NCBI GenBank assembly: GCA_964016885.1
Contig: OZ024749.1
Span: forward strand, 10,292,001 to 10,356,000
Direction of reading: 5' to 3'
Origin: Eledone cirrhosa
Lineage: Eukaryota
Length of the DNA: 64,000 nucleotides
In this document: one piece after another, positions 1 to 13,725 of the stretch
How the letters are laid out: every line of letters begins with the position of its first letter
Position numbering within the stretch: the stretch's first letter is position 1
Notes under the pieces: model-generated
What the model was told of the DNA's origin: nothing
Databases searched by the model: none
The model's input: the letters and a program-made list of their open reading frames with translations, nothing else
Translations under genes and position numbers: made by a program

Positions 1-221
1 GCTGTAAAACATTGCCTCAAATCATCCTATCTAACCCATGCCAGCATGGAGAAGTAGACATAAAAACAATGATGATTATGATGATGATCTATTAAGTAAA
101 TTATGTTCCAAACATCTGCTCACTAATGAGAAATTTAGATATATTTCAAAACACCTCCAAATTGAAAAACATAGGCAGAGTCCTTCATTAGAAATATGGT
201 AACATCTAATAGGTTTGTGGT

Positions 222-410
222 AGAGCCTGTAACAATGGAGGCTTCTGGTGATCTTGGCAGCCCCGGACCACATCCCTGCTTACTGTTATTGGAGCAGAGT
301 TGACTGCTTGCAAGTGCAAATCCTGACAGGTGGATTGGCTGTTCCAGTGTGTCTCCCTTGCTGTCCTCCAAGGCAATGTATTCTCCATCCAGTCAGCCGG
401 GATGTAGAGG
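222..410 (+). mobile_element. CRE-like endonuclease C-terminal remnant (similar remnant 10255-10397 on minus strand)
   Basis: EPVTMEASG.LG..LLTVIGAEL..WLFQCVSLAVLQGNVFSI resembles the CRE end P.A.ET.GV.G..WLFQR.SLAV.RGNA. Confidence 0.6.
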
Positions 411-495
411 TGGAGGGTAAGTTAGTTGGAGGTAAAGCATACTTGTTTGGACATCACACACATAGATACATACTCAACCACTTATACAGTCCAAT

Positions 496-748
496 CAGGG
501 CCGGATTTAGATTTGATGAGGCCCTAAGCTATTTGAGATAATGGGGCCCTTTATATGTTATAAAAACTGCAAAACGTTTAATATTAAAGCAGAAAACTGT
601 TTAAAACTATTGCATTATTTTAGTTCTTTTTTATCTTATATTTTGGCAATGTACACACCGTTTTTTTTTTCCAATTTTTTCGGGAACCCCAAGAAAGTGG
701 GGGCCCTAAGCTATAGCTTGTTCAGCTTATACATAAATCCCACTCAGT
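496..748. mobile_element. hAT-like MITE
   Basis: CAGGGCCGGATTTA start, internal GGGGCCC repeats, TAAATCC near the end; gtccaat repeated on both flanks. Confidence 0.55.
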
Positions 749-852
749 GTCCAATGAGTTAATTAACTGCAAAACATGTCACTTAAAGATATAAATTTGA
801 AAAGGTATATACAATATACAGATGTTAATATATATTGATGAGAGCAAAGTTT

Positions 853-1110
853 GAAATTCTGTAGAAATAGAAGCTTTTGCCATATTTTTTACTAAAGAAA
901 TTTTAACCTGATAGAGTTTAAGACCCTCTAAAAAATGGAAAAAGATGAGTATTGATGTACATGGGAGTCGATTCCACCTTTGATGGGTTCAACTCCCATG
1001 TATGTCAATATTCATCCTTTTCCATTTTTTAGAGGGTTTTAAACTCCACTATCAGGTTAATATTTCTTTAGTAAAAAGTACGACGAAAGCTTCTATTTCT
1101 ACTGAATTTC
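853..1110. repeat. Fold-back (inverted duplication) element, related to 28277-28465
   Basis: About 120-bp diverged inverted arms (gaaattctgtagaaatagaagcttt... / ...aaagcttctatttctactgaatttc). Confidence 0.75.
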
Positions 1111-1152
1111 ATATATATTTATATTTTTAATGAATAGTGTATTCAGATAAGC

Positions 1153-1382
1153 TTAACCCTTTAGCATTCAAACTGGCTATATTCAACCAGAATTCTCTCA
1201 CCTCTTTCTGTTCAAACCAGCCATAACCAGTTGCTCATGCTTATATTAAGGTATTGTTCTCAAAATAAATAAATATCAAAATCTCAGAGATATGATATCA
1301 TGTGAGATAATTATGTAAGATAAAGCCTTTAACACAAAAATACAATAGTATATATAGAGAAATGTAAATGCTAAAGGGTAAA
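1153..1382. mobile_element. piggyBac-like MITE (copies ~7617-7780, 10700-10912, 41167-41374, 41489-41702, 52205-52416)
   Basis: TTAA-CCCTTTAGCATT.. / ..AATGCTAAAGGG-T(T)AA termini and a conserved ~220-bp body. Confidence 0.7.
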
Positions 1383-1671
1383 ATATATTTTGACCTCTTG
1401 ACACCAATTCTTACTTGAAAACAGCATCAGTTTTGTAGAATGTATATATGTATATTCAGTTGATATTTCTATTACTATATAACATTATACTGAAACATTG
1501 AGGTCAATGGTGTGTGGGTGGGAGAGAGGGGTGTAATACATGTCTTCTTTTTTCTATTCAAATGTGAGACCTTGTCCCAATATGAGAATTCACAGCAGGC
1601 AACTGTTAATTGATACATTTAACACACCACACTTATGTATGTTTGTACCTATCTATCTCTCTGTATATGCA

Positions 1672-1736
<65 letters not shown>

Positions 1737-2074
1737 GCAAGCAGGGAAAAGCCTACGTAAAATGATGATGATGATGATATATATATATATATGTGTGTGT
1801 ATATATATATATATATGTGTATATATTTATATAAAGTTCAAAACAATCAAAACTATGTTTAATACATTTTATTGCTGACAATCGTTTCTTCCAAACACTC
1901 ATTTGGAATCATCAGAGCATTAGCAAAGTTTAAACACATAATCAAATTCCTATTCTACAGAACAATCATAAAGATACGTTGATATTATTGTTGCATTCAG
2001 TAGTGTCATGTTCAAAGAGAGTGAAGATGTTGTGGTCATTGGCAATGGGTATAATAAAGATTATAAAAGAATTA

Positions 2075-3345
2075 TAAAAGTAGTCACCTCTCCAACAAGA
2101 GGTGACAACACTTTGGATCTGCTCTTCACCACTACTCCTGAATTGGTTATCAGTTGTACTACTGAGGAACCTCTAGGCGACTCTGATCATGCTATGATCA
2201 TTGCCAATCTGGCTCTTGCGGGCAGCAACAAAAACCAGAACCATCTCCAATCTGCCTGCTTTGATTGGAAGAAAGCAGATTGGAACTTGTACGCCACTGA
2301 GCTACAGCACCCAAACTGGCATGAGTTCTATAACTCTGGAGATGTAAACACTATACTCCAGAGCATCCTGGACTCAATATGGACAGCGTGTGCAGCATCA
2401 GTGCCATGTAAGCAGAAAAAAACCCACCCCAGTGTAATTTGGGAAACTTCAGCGGCCCGACTTGCCAGGAAAGAACGTCGGAATGCTGAACGGGAATATA
2501 AACTGCATAAATCAGATGCCAACAGAAAAAAGCGGAATAAATCTTCCAACCATCTCAAGCAAGTGACAAAAAAGGCAGTGCTTGAATTTGAACAGTGCAT
2601 AGCAACCAATCCTGACAGTAAGGTGTTCTGGAAATATGTACATTCAAAGCAGAGACCATACTCTCCAGTTGGTCCGCTTCACAATCCCCACACAAGCCAG
2701 ATCATTGACGATCCCAAAGAATGCGCAGAACTCACTGTTGAAAACCAGAATGTACCATCTCAACCATCTCTAACATCAAATTCCATAACAACTATGGAAT
2801 TTACACCTGCAATGCTGCGACATCACCTTAAGAATAAACGCAACTATGCCTCCCCTGGTCTTGATGGTGTTACATACCTGCTTCTCAAACGTGGCAGGTT
2901 CTTCCTTTTGCACAGCTTTCTTTCTTCTTTCAATACTGTCTCAACAATGGTGCTACTCCGGAGCAGTGGAAAACTGCCAGTGTCATTCCTCTGTTCAAAA
3001 AGGGCGACCGCATGTCACCTGTCAACTATCGTCCAGTCAGTCTTACTAGCTGTATTGCCAAACTGATGGAATCCTGTGTCAGAGAAACACTTTGGAACTT
3101 CTGGAGCTCTCACAGCCTAATCCGGCCCTCACAGTTTGGATTTATCCCTAACTCCAGCTGCTGTGATCAGCTTATCGAGTTCATTGAAGACATTACCCGG
3201 ATCACTGACAACGGTTCATGGGTGGATGTTGTTTACCTTGACTTCACTAAGGCTTTTAATTCTGTGCCACACAAAAGACTTATGGCAAAACTCTCTGCAA
3301 TGGGTGTGAAGGATGATCTTTTTAACTGGTTGAAATTATTCATAA
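2075..3345 (+). mobile_element. CR1/L2-clade LINE internal fragment (end of APE to first half of RT), frameshifted
   Basis: TRGDNTLDLLFT..SDH; K.FWKYV; SPGLDG; NYRPVSLTS..QFGF..DVVYLDFTKAFNSVPH. Confidence 0.88.
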
Positions 3346-4779
3346 TCAATTATTCTGAAAATAAATAATGGAAATATAGTCACTGTTTTTATGAAGACAA
3401 GAGTGACAACGGGAGTAAAAAAAATTTGCATAAAATTAGCAGTTGAAAATTGCGAACAAATATCGTCCACACCCTGTATATATATACATGTGTGTGGGTG
3501 TGTATATATATGTATGTATATATTTATATCACTGTTTCTCACAGTCTTATTTCCAACAGACATATTTCTCTTATCTCGTAGTTTTTTTACTTCATTTCTA
3601 ACATATTTTGTGGCTTTCAACTACTTGAAGTGGTTGACTTTACATTACGATGAGAAGATACTGAAGTTACGAACACATGATGTAATAATTGTTTCTGCTT
3701 TTGGCACAAGGCCAGCAATTTGAAAGGAAAGGGAAAGTCAATTAAATCAACATCAGTGTGTTACTGGTACTTTATTTTATCAACCCCATAAGGATGAAAG
3801 GCAAAGTCAACCTTGGTTGGATTTGAACTCAGAACGCCTCAAAGCATGTTGTCTGATTCTCTACCAATCGAGCACCTTAATAATGATAATAATAATGATT
3901 TCTTTATTAACCACAAAGGGTTTACAAAAAATACATTAAGGACAGCCAAGTCAACCTTGGGATTTGAACTCAGAACATAAAGGGCTGTAAAGCATCCTGT
4001 CCAGTGCTCTACCGATACTGTCATTCACATGGTGCAATAATTTCTATACATTGTTCTTTTATTCTCTTATGAAGATAGTGCCCCAGTATGACCACAGTTT
4101 AATGACTGAAATCACAGCAATTTTTTTTAATATATTACTGGTTAGTACCAGTAATATACTGAGGTTGATGCAATCGCCTTATTGCCCACCGCCAAAGTTT
4201 GCCTTAATTAGAAACCAATCTATTACTGGTTTCAGTAGACTGCGGCCATGCTGGGGCACCATCTTCATAGAATTTAGTTGATCATATCAACCCCATTACT
4301 GACATTTTTTCAAGTGTGGTACTTATTTTATTGATCTCTATAAACTTGATTTATTAAATTTTGGGACATACACAAATAGTAAATGCAGACATCCACACAA
4401 ACACACACACACTCACACAAACACACACACAAACACACTCACACACACACACATACTCATACAAACACACACAAACACACACACCCACACTCATACAAAC
4501 ACACACACACCCACACTCATACAAACACACACACACACACACACACTCATACAAACACACACACGCAAACATACACATACACCCCCACCCCATCCCAAAC
4601 ACACTCACACACAAACACACGAATATCCATTAAAGATTTTTTTTTTTTTATTTACGAGGAAATTTGTATTTCATGACGTTTACGTACCAAGAAAATATTT
4701 GAAGAATTATCTCCCTTACATCATAACCATTAGGCACATTCCGTTTTCCAATGATTAAATTTATTATATTAAAATAATA

Positions 4780-5260
4780 ATGATAATAATAATAATGAAA
4801 ATATTGTGTACAGTACTCAGGTGCACTACAACTCATCAAAAGTGTATATATAGTACATAGGGCAATGTACAAACGTCAGGAAAATGAACAGTGCATGAGT
4901 CATGATATACACATGTGTACATGTGTATGAAAGGGGGACATCAGGTGTAGTTTTGGCGAATTCCGAGAAGCATGAGGATTTTAAAGGATGCAGCGTCTCG
5001 GCAGCTAACAACTGATGCAGGCAGTTTGTTCCATTCTTCTAAGCGTGAAAAAAAAATGTTTCCGAAAGTCATGGGAGCTGTGCTGTTTTCTGACTTTGTA
5101 GGCATGTCCACGTGTGTTAGACACATGGAGATCAAAAAGGTGCTCATGTATGGAATGTTTCACAAAACACACGAGAGGACATAATACCGACAGTTTGGAT
5201 TAGGTTTCGAAGCAAAGCTGTTGGGGTTAGATACAAGATGAATTGTTTGGGAATTTAAAA
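4780..5260 (-). mobile_element. CR1-type LINE 3' end (related copies ~7215-7390, 8085-8130, 59980-60430)
   Basis: Minus strand FFSR..EWNKLPASVV..AASFK, then a shared 3' UTR (gagttgtagtgcacctgag) and (ATT)n tail. Confidence 0.75.
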
Positions 5261-6368
5261 GAATTAATTTAAAAGATTGACATTGAACTTATGATTTCCA
5301 TAGAGTAGCACAGATATAATAGCATAGATATGTATCATCATCATCATTTTACGTCCGCTTTTCCCTGCTTGCCAGGGTGGGACGGGAACTGATTCTGGCT
5401 TGATTTCTACAGCTGGATACCCTTCCTAACACCAACCTCATTTACGGTGAGTGCTGGGTGCTTTTTTTGTCATGGCACCTCCACGATCACTTTGCAGTGG
5501 AATGATAGGGACCCCAGTCCTATCATCTCATTTCTACAGCTGAGTAAAGTTGAACAATGTGAAATAAAGTGCCTTGCTCAAGGAAACAACACATCACCCG
5601 GTCTGAGAATTGAACTCAACCTTTCGATTGCAAGGCCAATGCTCTAACCACTAAGCCATGCGCCTCCATGTCTACATACATAGATATGTATATTATATGT
5701 GTATATACATAGATATGTATATATTTGTATATACATAGATATGTATATTATATACATAGATACGTATATATGTATATGAGTTCTACATAGTAGCACAGAC
5801 TGGATGTATGTATATATATGTATAGTGAAGGACCCCTAGCCTTTGTCAGGGCATTCTTCTAGGAGAAGGCAACTCAGGAAACTGGGATAACTCCGATATA
5901 AAACCTGCGGCTCAGTAGTTACCGATGATGTTGATCTTTTCTTCTTTTCAGGTTATAGCTACTGTCACTCGGAGAGTGGGATTGGCTCAGTGCACAGTCT
6001 TTCCTCACTTTAAAAAAAATCAGAAAAATAACTTTCTAGGTGCAAATTCCATCGTCATTTGTGACCCAAAGGGTTTTTTATATACACACAATGTCTTTCA
6101 TCTGAAATATGGTAAGAAAAGGGTTAAATGATCTCAACAAATATACCCTGTGTTTATAGTATTTATTTTTCTATATTATTTTATGTATCATCATCATCAT
6201 CATCGCCGTTTAATATCCATTTTCCACATTGGCATGGGTTAGATGAGTTGTCCTATTGGGAGCAATGCTAGGTCAGGTGACCATGTCTTGCTTGTACAGA
6301 ACCAATTTCTCTGTGTATGTTTTTTTTTCTTCTCTTTAACTAACATCTTTGTCTGTCTGTTTGTCTAG

Positions 6369-6570
6369 GAATGGTTCTGTGATGCTTCAAGTTGATGTTA
6401 ACACTGAAACTGGGGGCCTTACCCTCAACAGGAACTTCTGTGTGGATTTCAGGGATGAACCACAAGGTCCAGTTTTGGCTCACGAAATGCATTACCCCGG
6501 AGGAGATTGTAGCACTGATATTTGGTTGTCTTCCAGAAAAAACCCCAGTTTGTATCAACCCAAATTATAA
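6369..6570 (+). CDS. SELENBP1: Last coding exon of selenium-binding protein 1 / methanethiol oxidase homologue (upstream exons lie outside the window)
   Basis: Acceptor ttgtctag|G, then [66 protein letters not shown]. This matches the recalled SBP56-family C-terminus [43 protein letters not shown] at 6568-6570. Confidence 0.9.
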
Positions 6571-8188
6571 AAAAAACGTGTTGTTGCCTTGGTGGTTAGG
6601 TGGGGGAGGGGCTTTGATCTTCACTAGGAATGATAAAGGCGTCTTATTAAACTTCAAGGTAGTGCCCCAGCATGGCCACTGTCTAATAACTGAAACCAGT
6701 AAAATATTACAAAATTGAATTAAAAATTAAGGCTGATCAAAAGTAAAAATGAAATATAAAAAGATGAAGACAAGAGAAGATTTCAAAACGATAATTCTAG
6801 AATTCTCTAAGCTAATGATCCCTTGAGTGGTTGCTACAGACCCCTGGGGGCACTGGCAGCAATACCATGAGGCTAGAAGGGGGGCCATTGGAGAGAAACA
6901 TGTGGGGAGTGAGGGGGGGAAAGGAGGCAAAATTACAAATTAGTAGCTGCTCGTAAAAGCCTTTAGTTGTTCAATAAATGTTTAAATACAATAAAATAAA
7001 ATAATAAATATTTAACTTTCAGTTAGCTGTAACACTAACATGGCATGATTCATAATATAGATGTATATATGAAGGTATATACGATATGTTTATGTATAGA
7101 AAAACATATAAGTCTCACTATAAATGTTTTAAGCTGTGATCATGTCACAACTATCTCAGTTGCTGTGTGAGAACACCGGATATAAGTGTTTCAGGGTGTT
7201 TTAACTATCATATAAATAATAATGAAAATTATTGTGTACGGTGCTCAGGTGCACTACAACTCAAAGGTGTATGTGTAGTTCATAGTATAATGTACAAATG
7301 TCAGGAAAGTAAAGTGTGTATGAGTCATGATATACACACAGACACATGCATGTGTGTGTGGATGGAGAATATCAGGTGTAGTGTTGACATTTACTCACAT
7401 AGCTACTAAGATATGATTACAGCTTAAAACATTCATAGCCAGACTTGTATATATAAACATTTAGTATATAACTTCATATAGATGAAAATGTGGTTGGTGT
7501 TAGGAAGGGCATCCAGCCGTAGAAAACCTACCAGATAGTCCTATACGAGCAAGACACGGTCACCTGATCAATGATCACGTGGAAGATAGACGTTAAACGA
7601 TGATGATGATATCTTTATTAACCCTTTAGTATTTAAACCAGCTGTATCTGCCAGAATTCTCTCACCTCTTTCTATTCAAAAATCTCATAGATTCAATATT
7701 ATGTGAGATAATGATGAGGTAAAGCCTTTACCATAAAAATACAATAGTTTATATCGAGTAATGTAAATGCTAAAGGGTTAATCTTTAGTGTATAATTTTT
7801 AATCAAATATACAGTGTGTGTGTGTGTGAGGGTGGGGGGGAGTCCTGACAAACTATATTCTCTAAAAACAGCAGGACCATTGCCCCAAAAAATTATGAAA
7901 CTGTTCAAAGGATTATATGGTTTATCTGAAGTAGAAGGGGACATGTTTTGTATTGTTCTCTTCTGTCAGTCTATTAATATCATCTTTGATGAATCCTATA
8001 ATAATAATAATAATAATTATTATTTCTACTTTTTGGCACAAGGTCAGCAATTATGCTAGTGCATTACTGGTACTTTAATAATAACAATAATGAAATTATT
8101 GTGTACAGTGCTCAGGTGCAATACAACTATGTATACAACATTTCAATCTGCCTAATCTTCCATTACTTTTGGATGCCCTCCTCAATTA

Positions 8189-8235
<47 letters not shown>

Positions 8236-8429
8236 GGAGTGTGAGGTATCTTTATTAACCCACTGACATATATAATAAACAAATTTAGATACTCACATAT
8301 ATACTTGTCTGTCAATAAATATATATACATACATACATGTGTGTTTGTTAACTATATATAATGAATATGATTTACAAAAAAACATATCATCATCATCATC
8401 ATCTTCTGGGTGATGATGATGCTATATTC

Positions 8430-8822
8430 TTTTGTGAACTAGGTACTTTTCATCATGACACCAGCGCTACCACCTTACAGAGTGGACTGGGTGCTTTTTA
8501 TCACAGCACCAGCACTACCACTTTACAGCGTGAACTGGGTGCTTTTCATCATGGCACCAGCACTACCACTTTACAGAGTGGACTGGGTGCTTTTCATCAT
8601 GGCACCAGCACTACCACTTGACAGGGTAGACTGGGTGCTTTTCATCATGGCACCAGCACTACCACTTGACAGGGTAGACTGGGTGCTTTTCATCATGGCA
8701 CCAGCACTACCACTTTACAGGGTGGACTAGGTGCTTTTCATCATGGCACCAGCACTACCACTTTACAGGGTGGACTGGGTGCTTTTCATCATGGCACCAG
8801 CACTACCACTTTACAGGGTAGC
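8430..8822. repeat. 48-bp minisatellite, ~8 copies
   Basis: CTGGGTGCTTTTCATCATGGCACCAGCACTACCACTTTACAGGGTGGA; period 48 (8583 to 8631). Confidence 0.95.
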
Positions 8823-9474
8823 CTGGAACTTCTGAAAAGCCTGGTATCACCGAGTAGTGTTATAACAGGTTTGTGCATGGACTCTAACAAACAATTGGAG
8901 TCGGAGATGATGTACTACAGAATAACAAGGTAGATTGGTGGCTTGTAGTAGAATTAACAATTCGGTCCGGGAGAATGTGGGAATGGAATAAAAGCTGGTG
9001 ATTGATGGTCAGAAGGCAAAAATTGTGATATTCTGGCCACATCTTCGGGGGCTAGGTGGAGAGAAAATAGGTTTGTGGGTGACAAATAAAAAAGGAATGA
9101 TGGAGGAATACAAAAGGTGGTAAAGAGTGATGGTTGTCTCGCTCTCTTTTATATATATATATATATATAAACCTGGCGGAGACCATCTCCTCTCCAGGTC
9201 TGAATACAGTGGATATTCTTCCAGAGAAGGATAGATAGAAAGCGATATAGAGGAAGAATTGACCCCAGTACTTCACTGATACGTTTTTTATCAACCTAGA
9301 ATGGATGAAAGGCAAAGTTGAGCTCAGAGAGCAGAGAGCCAAAACAAATGCCACAAAGCATTCACCATTTTCTTGAAGTTTTCTCAGCAAGGGCTTTGCG
9401 GAAATTCATAGTTTCTTTTTGTTTTTGTTCTAGACTTTTATCAGATTTTGCATTCCTAGTTTAATATCTGTTGC

Positions 9475-9687
9475 GGTGGATTGGCAGTATCGGTTGAGGG
9501 TCGGACACCATGCTTTGCAGCAAAGAGTTACGGCCCTTTATGGTCTGAGTTCAAATCCCGCCAAGGTTAACTTTGTCTTTCATCCTTACGGGATCGATAA
9601 AATAAAGTGCCAGTAATGTACTGGGGTCGATTTAATCGACTTTCCCCTCCCCCAAAAATTGTTGGCCTTGTGCCTAAATCAGAAACC
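9475..9687 (+). mobile_element. Full-length tRNA-derived SINE with Meta-type central domain (many copies: ~3685-3880, 19200-19385, 33602-33770, 42619-42802, 43790-44030, 44775-44970, 47732-47900, 57920-58090, 58640-58860)
   Basis: B box GAGTTCAAATCCC, central TTTCATCCTTACGGGATCGATAAAATAAAGT; 12-bp TSD aatatctgttgc at 9463-9474 and 9688-9699. Confidence 0.85.
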
Positions 9688-10626
9688 AATATCTGTTGCA
9701 CTGGAATTGTTCTCCATGGCCACAATTTGTTGGAAAAGCTAAGCTGACAATGTACAAGCTGCAAGTGCATTTCTCCAAAACCATTTTCAAAGAATTATTT
9801 TGTCAGTTCCAAGCAGAGTTCTTGGGAGCAAAAGTAGGATTTCAAGCCAGCAAAATGTTAAGAATTTTTTAAAACTTGGAAATTATTTATTGTACATCAT
9901 AAGTAAACTCAGTAAGAAATGAAATACATAGTTAAAAGTGGTATGTTCAATTCTGTTATAGCAGAAATATGACAATGGAAGAGTTAACTCTGTCATTACC
10001 AAGCAGCTGCTGCCTGAAACACAACTCAACAATGGGAGATAAATTTATAAATCACCCAGTTCACACTGTAAATGAAGTTGGCATTAGGAAGGGCATCCAG
10101 CTGTAGAAATCAAGCTAAAATCAGTTCTACATGAGCAAGACATTGTCACCTGACTTAGCATTGCCCCCAACAGGACAACTCGTCTAACCCATGCTATCGT
10201 GGAAAAATGTATGTTAAACAGTGATTATGATGCCACCGTCATAAGGGTTAATCTGCCTCATGGTCTCTGTGGACAGGGTGGAGAAGACATTGCCGTAGAG
10301 GATGGCGAGGGAGACGTGCTAGAACAGACACTCCACCTCGTGAAGCTTGCTCTTATGGGTAACTAAGTCTGCTCTGATAACAGTAAGTAGGGATGTAAAT
10401 ATAATTACACATACAAAAATAAATCAAACACAACTTATATTTAAATAAAGAAAATGAAAAAAATCACATGTCACAAGGGGTGCTAGAGTTTCTTTCTAAT
10501 AGTTTTAGAAGCAGCATTGCCACATATGATAGCGCGGCTAAGACACTGGGATAACCAAGCACCTTTGCAGTATTCATCTGATATGAAGAGTAAAGCAACC
10601 TGGTTCAGATGGCAAGACCTGTGGAG

Positions 10627-11077
10627 CAGAGGTGTAACTAGGGTATAACAAGCAGGGTACATGGCATGGGCACCACTTGAACTAGGTACATTTGCTATTT
10701 AACCCTTCAGCATTTAAACTGGTTACATCTGGCCAGAATTCTCTCAACCCTTTCTATTCAAACTGGCCGTAACTGGCCACTCATACTAATGTTAAGGTAT
10801 TGTTATCGAAATAAATAATATCAAAATCTCATAGATTCAATATTATGTGAGGTAAAGCCTTTACTAGAAAATACAATAGTATATATAGAGTAATGTAAAT
10901 GGTAATGGGTTAAGTTAGATAAGCTATCATCAAAGAGTGAAAAAAGAAACTTCATCAGATGTCTTTGATTATCATGGGTGGCTGGATCATTAAACTGAAA
11001 AATGGGTGCCAGATGTTTGGGTAGGGATACAATTTTACTGCTTACAATAGGTGCTATTTTCTTTAGTTACGCCTCTA
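10627..11077. mobile_element. hAT-like MITE with a nested piggyBac-like MITE
   Basis: TIRs CAGAGGTGTAACTA / TAGTTACGCCTCTA; imperfect 8-bp TSD ctgtggag/ccgtggaa. Confidence 0.6.
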
Positions 11078-12281
11078 CCGTGGAATCAAGGGATCTACCA
11101 CAACAACAAAGGAAATTGATCCTCATAGACATTGTCTAACTCTGAGTATAATGGAGATGCGGAGTTCATACAGACTGTAGAGTGGCCATGGGCAAAACAT
11201 CAACATAGTGTGTTGAGCATATTCTTAAATTTCAATGCTGCTCAAGCTTTTTATTGTTTACAATTATTATTTAGAGCGTGAAAGAATTGTTGGACAGATT
11301 TTATGGACAAAACCAACGAGCAGGAGACCCTGAGTAAGATGGTTGAATAACATACCTGAGCTTGGCTGGCTTGGAGATCAGTTGTAGATGGTTGCTTCTG
11401 ACCCGATGGAAGGAGTGTTTTCTCAGGAATAAATGGGTGTATCACCCTTTTCATACCAACCCACCCAAAAGTTACTCTGAAATGAAACCCCCCTTTTTAA
11501 AGGGTTATTTAGTATTAACATTTTCTGACAATTTATATATGACTCACTATACTACATAGTTATGAATTAATTATTTTTAGTAAACTTTTCTGGATTTTTA
11601 TAAATTTTTTTTTTTTAGTAGTTTGGTATTCCTTCTTAAGTTTCCAAATTTTTTCCTCTCTTCTTTTATTTAAACATTGCCTTTCTCCCTTCCCATCCTC
11701 TAAACCTTCTCCTTACCTTCGTTATTTAATTTTTTTCCCTTTCTTTTTCTTATTGTAAACATTATATAACCGAATTGAAATTTGTCGAATAAATAAAACT
11801 CGAGAAATATGTTTAAAATAAATACATATAACCTTCGTAATTGATTGAAACTGCTTATTTCATTTGAAATACAATGGCAAATTAATAAAAAATAGGTTGC
11901 TCTGAAGTAGCAGAGCAATGCCCATATGTGTTAGAAAGACCATATGATCTCTTCCGTCCTTGTCAAGGGGAGTGCTAACCGTCTCTCCTTTTTTGCAACA
12001 CAATTGAAAGACTAAGCACCTTATATATATACTAATCAGAATATGTGTTTTAATAATAAAGGTTAACCTAATTTCCATAGACTATATAAATATATTTATA
12101 TTAAATTATACTTATTTGTTTAATGAAAAATAATACAATAATTCATTTTTTAATTGTTTATTTAATAAGTTTCAGCTAAGTTTATTTCTTTATATTTCAT
12201 AATTAGTTATAAATATATAATAGATTTAAATCTATATTACTTAATATTATAAACATGGGCAGATAACTCCCCGTTCCATTA

Positions 12282-12289
12282 ACTTCCGG
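12282..12289 (+). promoter_or_regulatory. ETS-type motif (ACTTCCGG) just upstream of the LTO1 start
   Basis: ACTTCCGG 37 nt upstream of the ATG, following a very AT-rich stretch; common in housekeeping promoters. Confidence 0.45.
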
Positions 12290-12325
12290 TCTGGTTGTCT
12301 GTCTCAGTGTTGAACTGTCCACAGC

Positions 12326-12426
12326 ATGGCAGTGGCTCTTGCCAACATGTCTGTTACGAACGTTAATATAACGGATCTTCCCAATGATGTTGATATCTTC
12401 GATTCTGTTGTGATGTTAGAAGAAAG
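12326..12426 (+). CDS. LTO1: LTO1/ORAOV1 exon 1 (ABCE1 maturation factor, Yae1_N family)
   Basis: ATG at 12326; MAVALANMSVTNVNITDLPNDVDIFDSVVMLEE-AG|gttcgt, resembling the DIFDAIVMADER motif of LTO1. An alternative in-frame start exists at 12347. Confidence 0.82.
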
Positions 12427-13512
12427 GTTCGTTAAACAGCGTTTGTTATAACAGTATTTTTTTTTTTTAATGTAGAAATTGAAAACAACCACTACGAAAT
12501 GTTTATAGTAATACGTAACTGTTTCTACTTTAGACACAAGGCAGCAAATACACAGTGCATTACTGGTACTTTATTTATAGTAATACATAATAATACATAT
12601 ATACAGACGAGGGTGAGAGAGAAATACAGGCACAGGTGTAGTTTGAGGTCTTAAAATATTTATAGTGAACCAAAATGAAAACATTCGAAGGTAGCCAGAA
12701 ATATTGTTAACCTTTTTAACATATCTTGGTATTATGAAATATATATTTTATTTAAATATAATCCTGCTCTCAAAATTATACACAAGAAATTTGTCCCAAA
12801 CACCAGTTTACTAATTAAAAAAAAATAAATCTTTTTTTTTTTTATTCCTGATAATTCTAAAAATTAACTGAAACATGGACAGTGTATTTTGTTAGCAATA
12901 TGGCCAAGAAAAGGTTGAATAAACCTCCCAAAATATAGGAGTTGAGGTGGAGGGTTGTTGACGTCTCGGAAAACGAAAGTACCTCGTCAGATTCATTTTG
13001 CATGTTCAAATAAATATCGCTCTACGTGTTTTATATACATTTCATGTGTATGTATGTGTATATATATATACACACACACATATATATATATATACTTTAT
13101 CGAGTATTTTGATCTTTGTATTTATTATTATATATATACACAGGGTGTATAGACTTTGATTACCTGTACAGGCAATATTTATTAGAATGCTATTTATACA
13201 GATTAATATATTTTTGGGCACACCCTGTGTGATATATATACACACACGAGCCATACTGTGTATATATATACCCCTAACGTGTGTATAATATACGCAGATT
13301 CCAGTGAATTAGTCGAGATATTTACTTTTTTTGTTTTTTCTTTACTCGGAGTCTGTTGTCAAGAATTGACCTAAAAATTTGTTTATGTTGAGGTGGTTGA
13401 AAAATGATTGAAATACAGTCAAATCTTACAGTTTAATTATTGTTTAATGTGATATGAATGAACACGTTGAATTAGAACTATGCTAAACACTCATATATAT
13501 ATATATATATAT

Positions 13513-13725
13513 AGGAACGAGTAGGACCCCGACGGCTGAGCTCAAGCCGTTTCGACGGCTAACTCTGGACTAAATGAAAATTTTAGTCCAGAATTAGCCG
13601 TCGAAACGGCTTGAGCTCAGCCGTCGGGGTCCTACTCGTTCCTATTACCCACTCTACTACCCTAAGTATTGAGTACTTTGGTGCGTTATGGTCCATCTGG
13701 TTCCTTACCACATTTCCTTCGTTAT
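13513..13725 (+). mobile_element. Short (TA)n-embedded repeat family carrying a hammerhead 3' half (further copies ~15447-15585, 16685-16820, 25365-25550, 37505-37670, 45870-45915)
   Basis: Recurrent GAAA-CGGCT(TGAGCTC)AGCCG-TC-GGGGTCC..ccactctactaccctaagtattgagtact..ggtccatctggttccttacc, with an inverted partial copy at the 5' side. Confidence 0.65.

Noticed and set aside
4354-4676. Thr/His- or Cys/Val-rich ORFs here and Ile/Tyr-rich ORFs elsewhere (e.g. 39757-40160, 50170-50826)
   Set aside because: Translations of (CA)n, (GT)n and (TA)n microsatellites.
1-6340. Further SELENBP1 exons (GGPQM..WDKQFYP)
   Set aside because: Not found by eye; they presumably lie upstream of the window.
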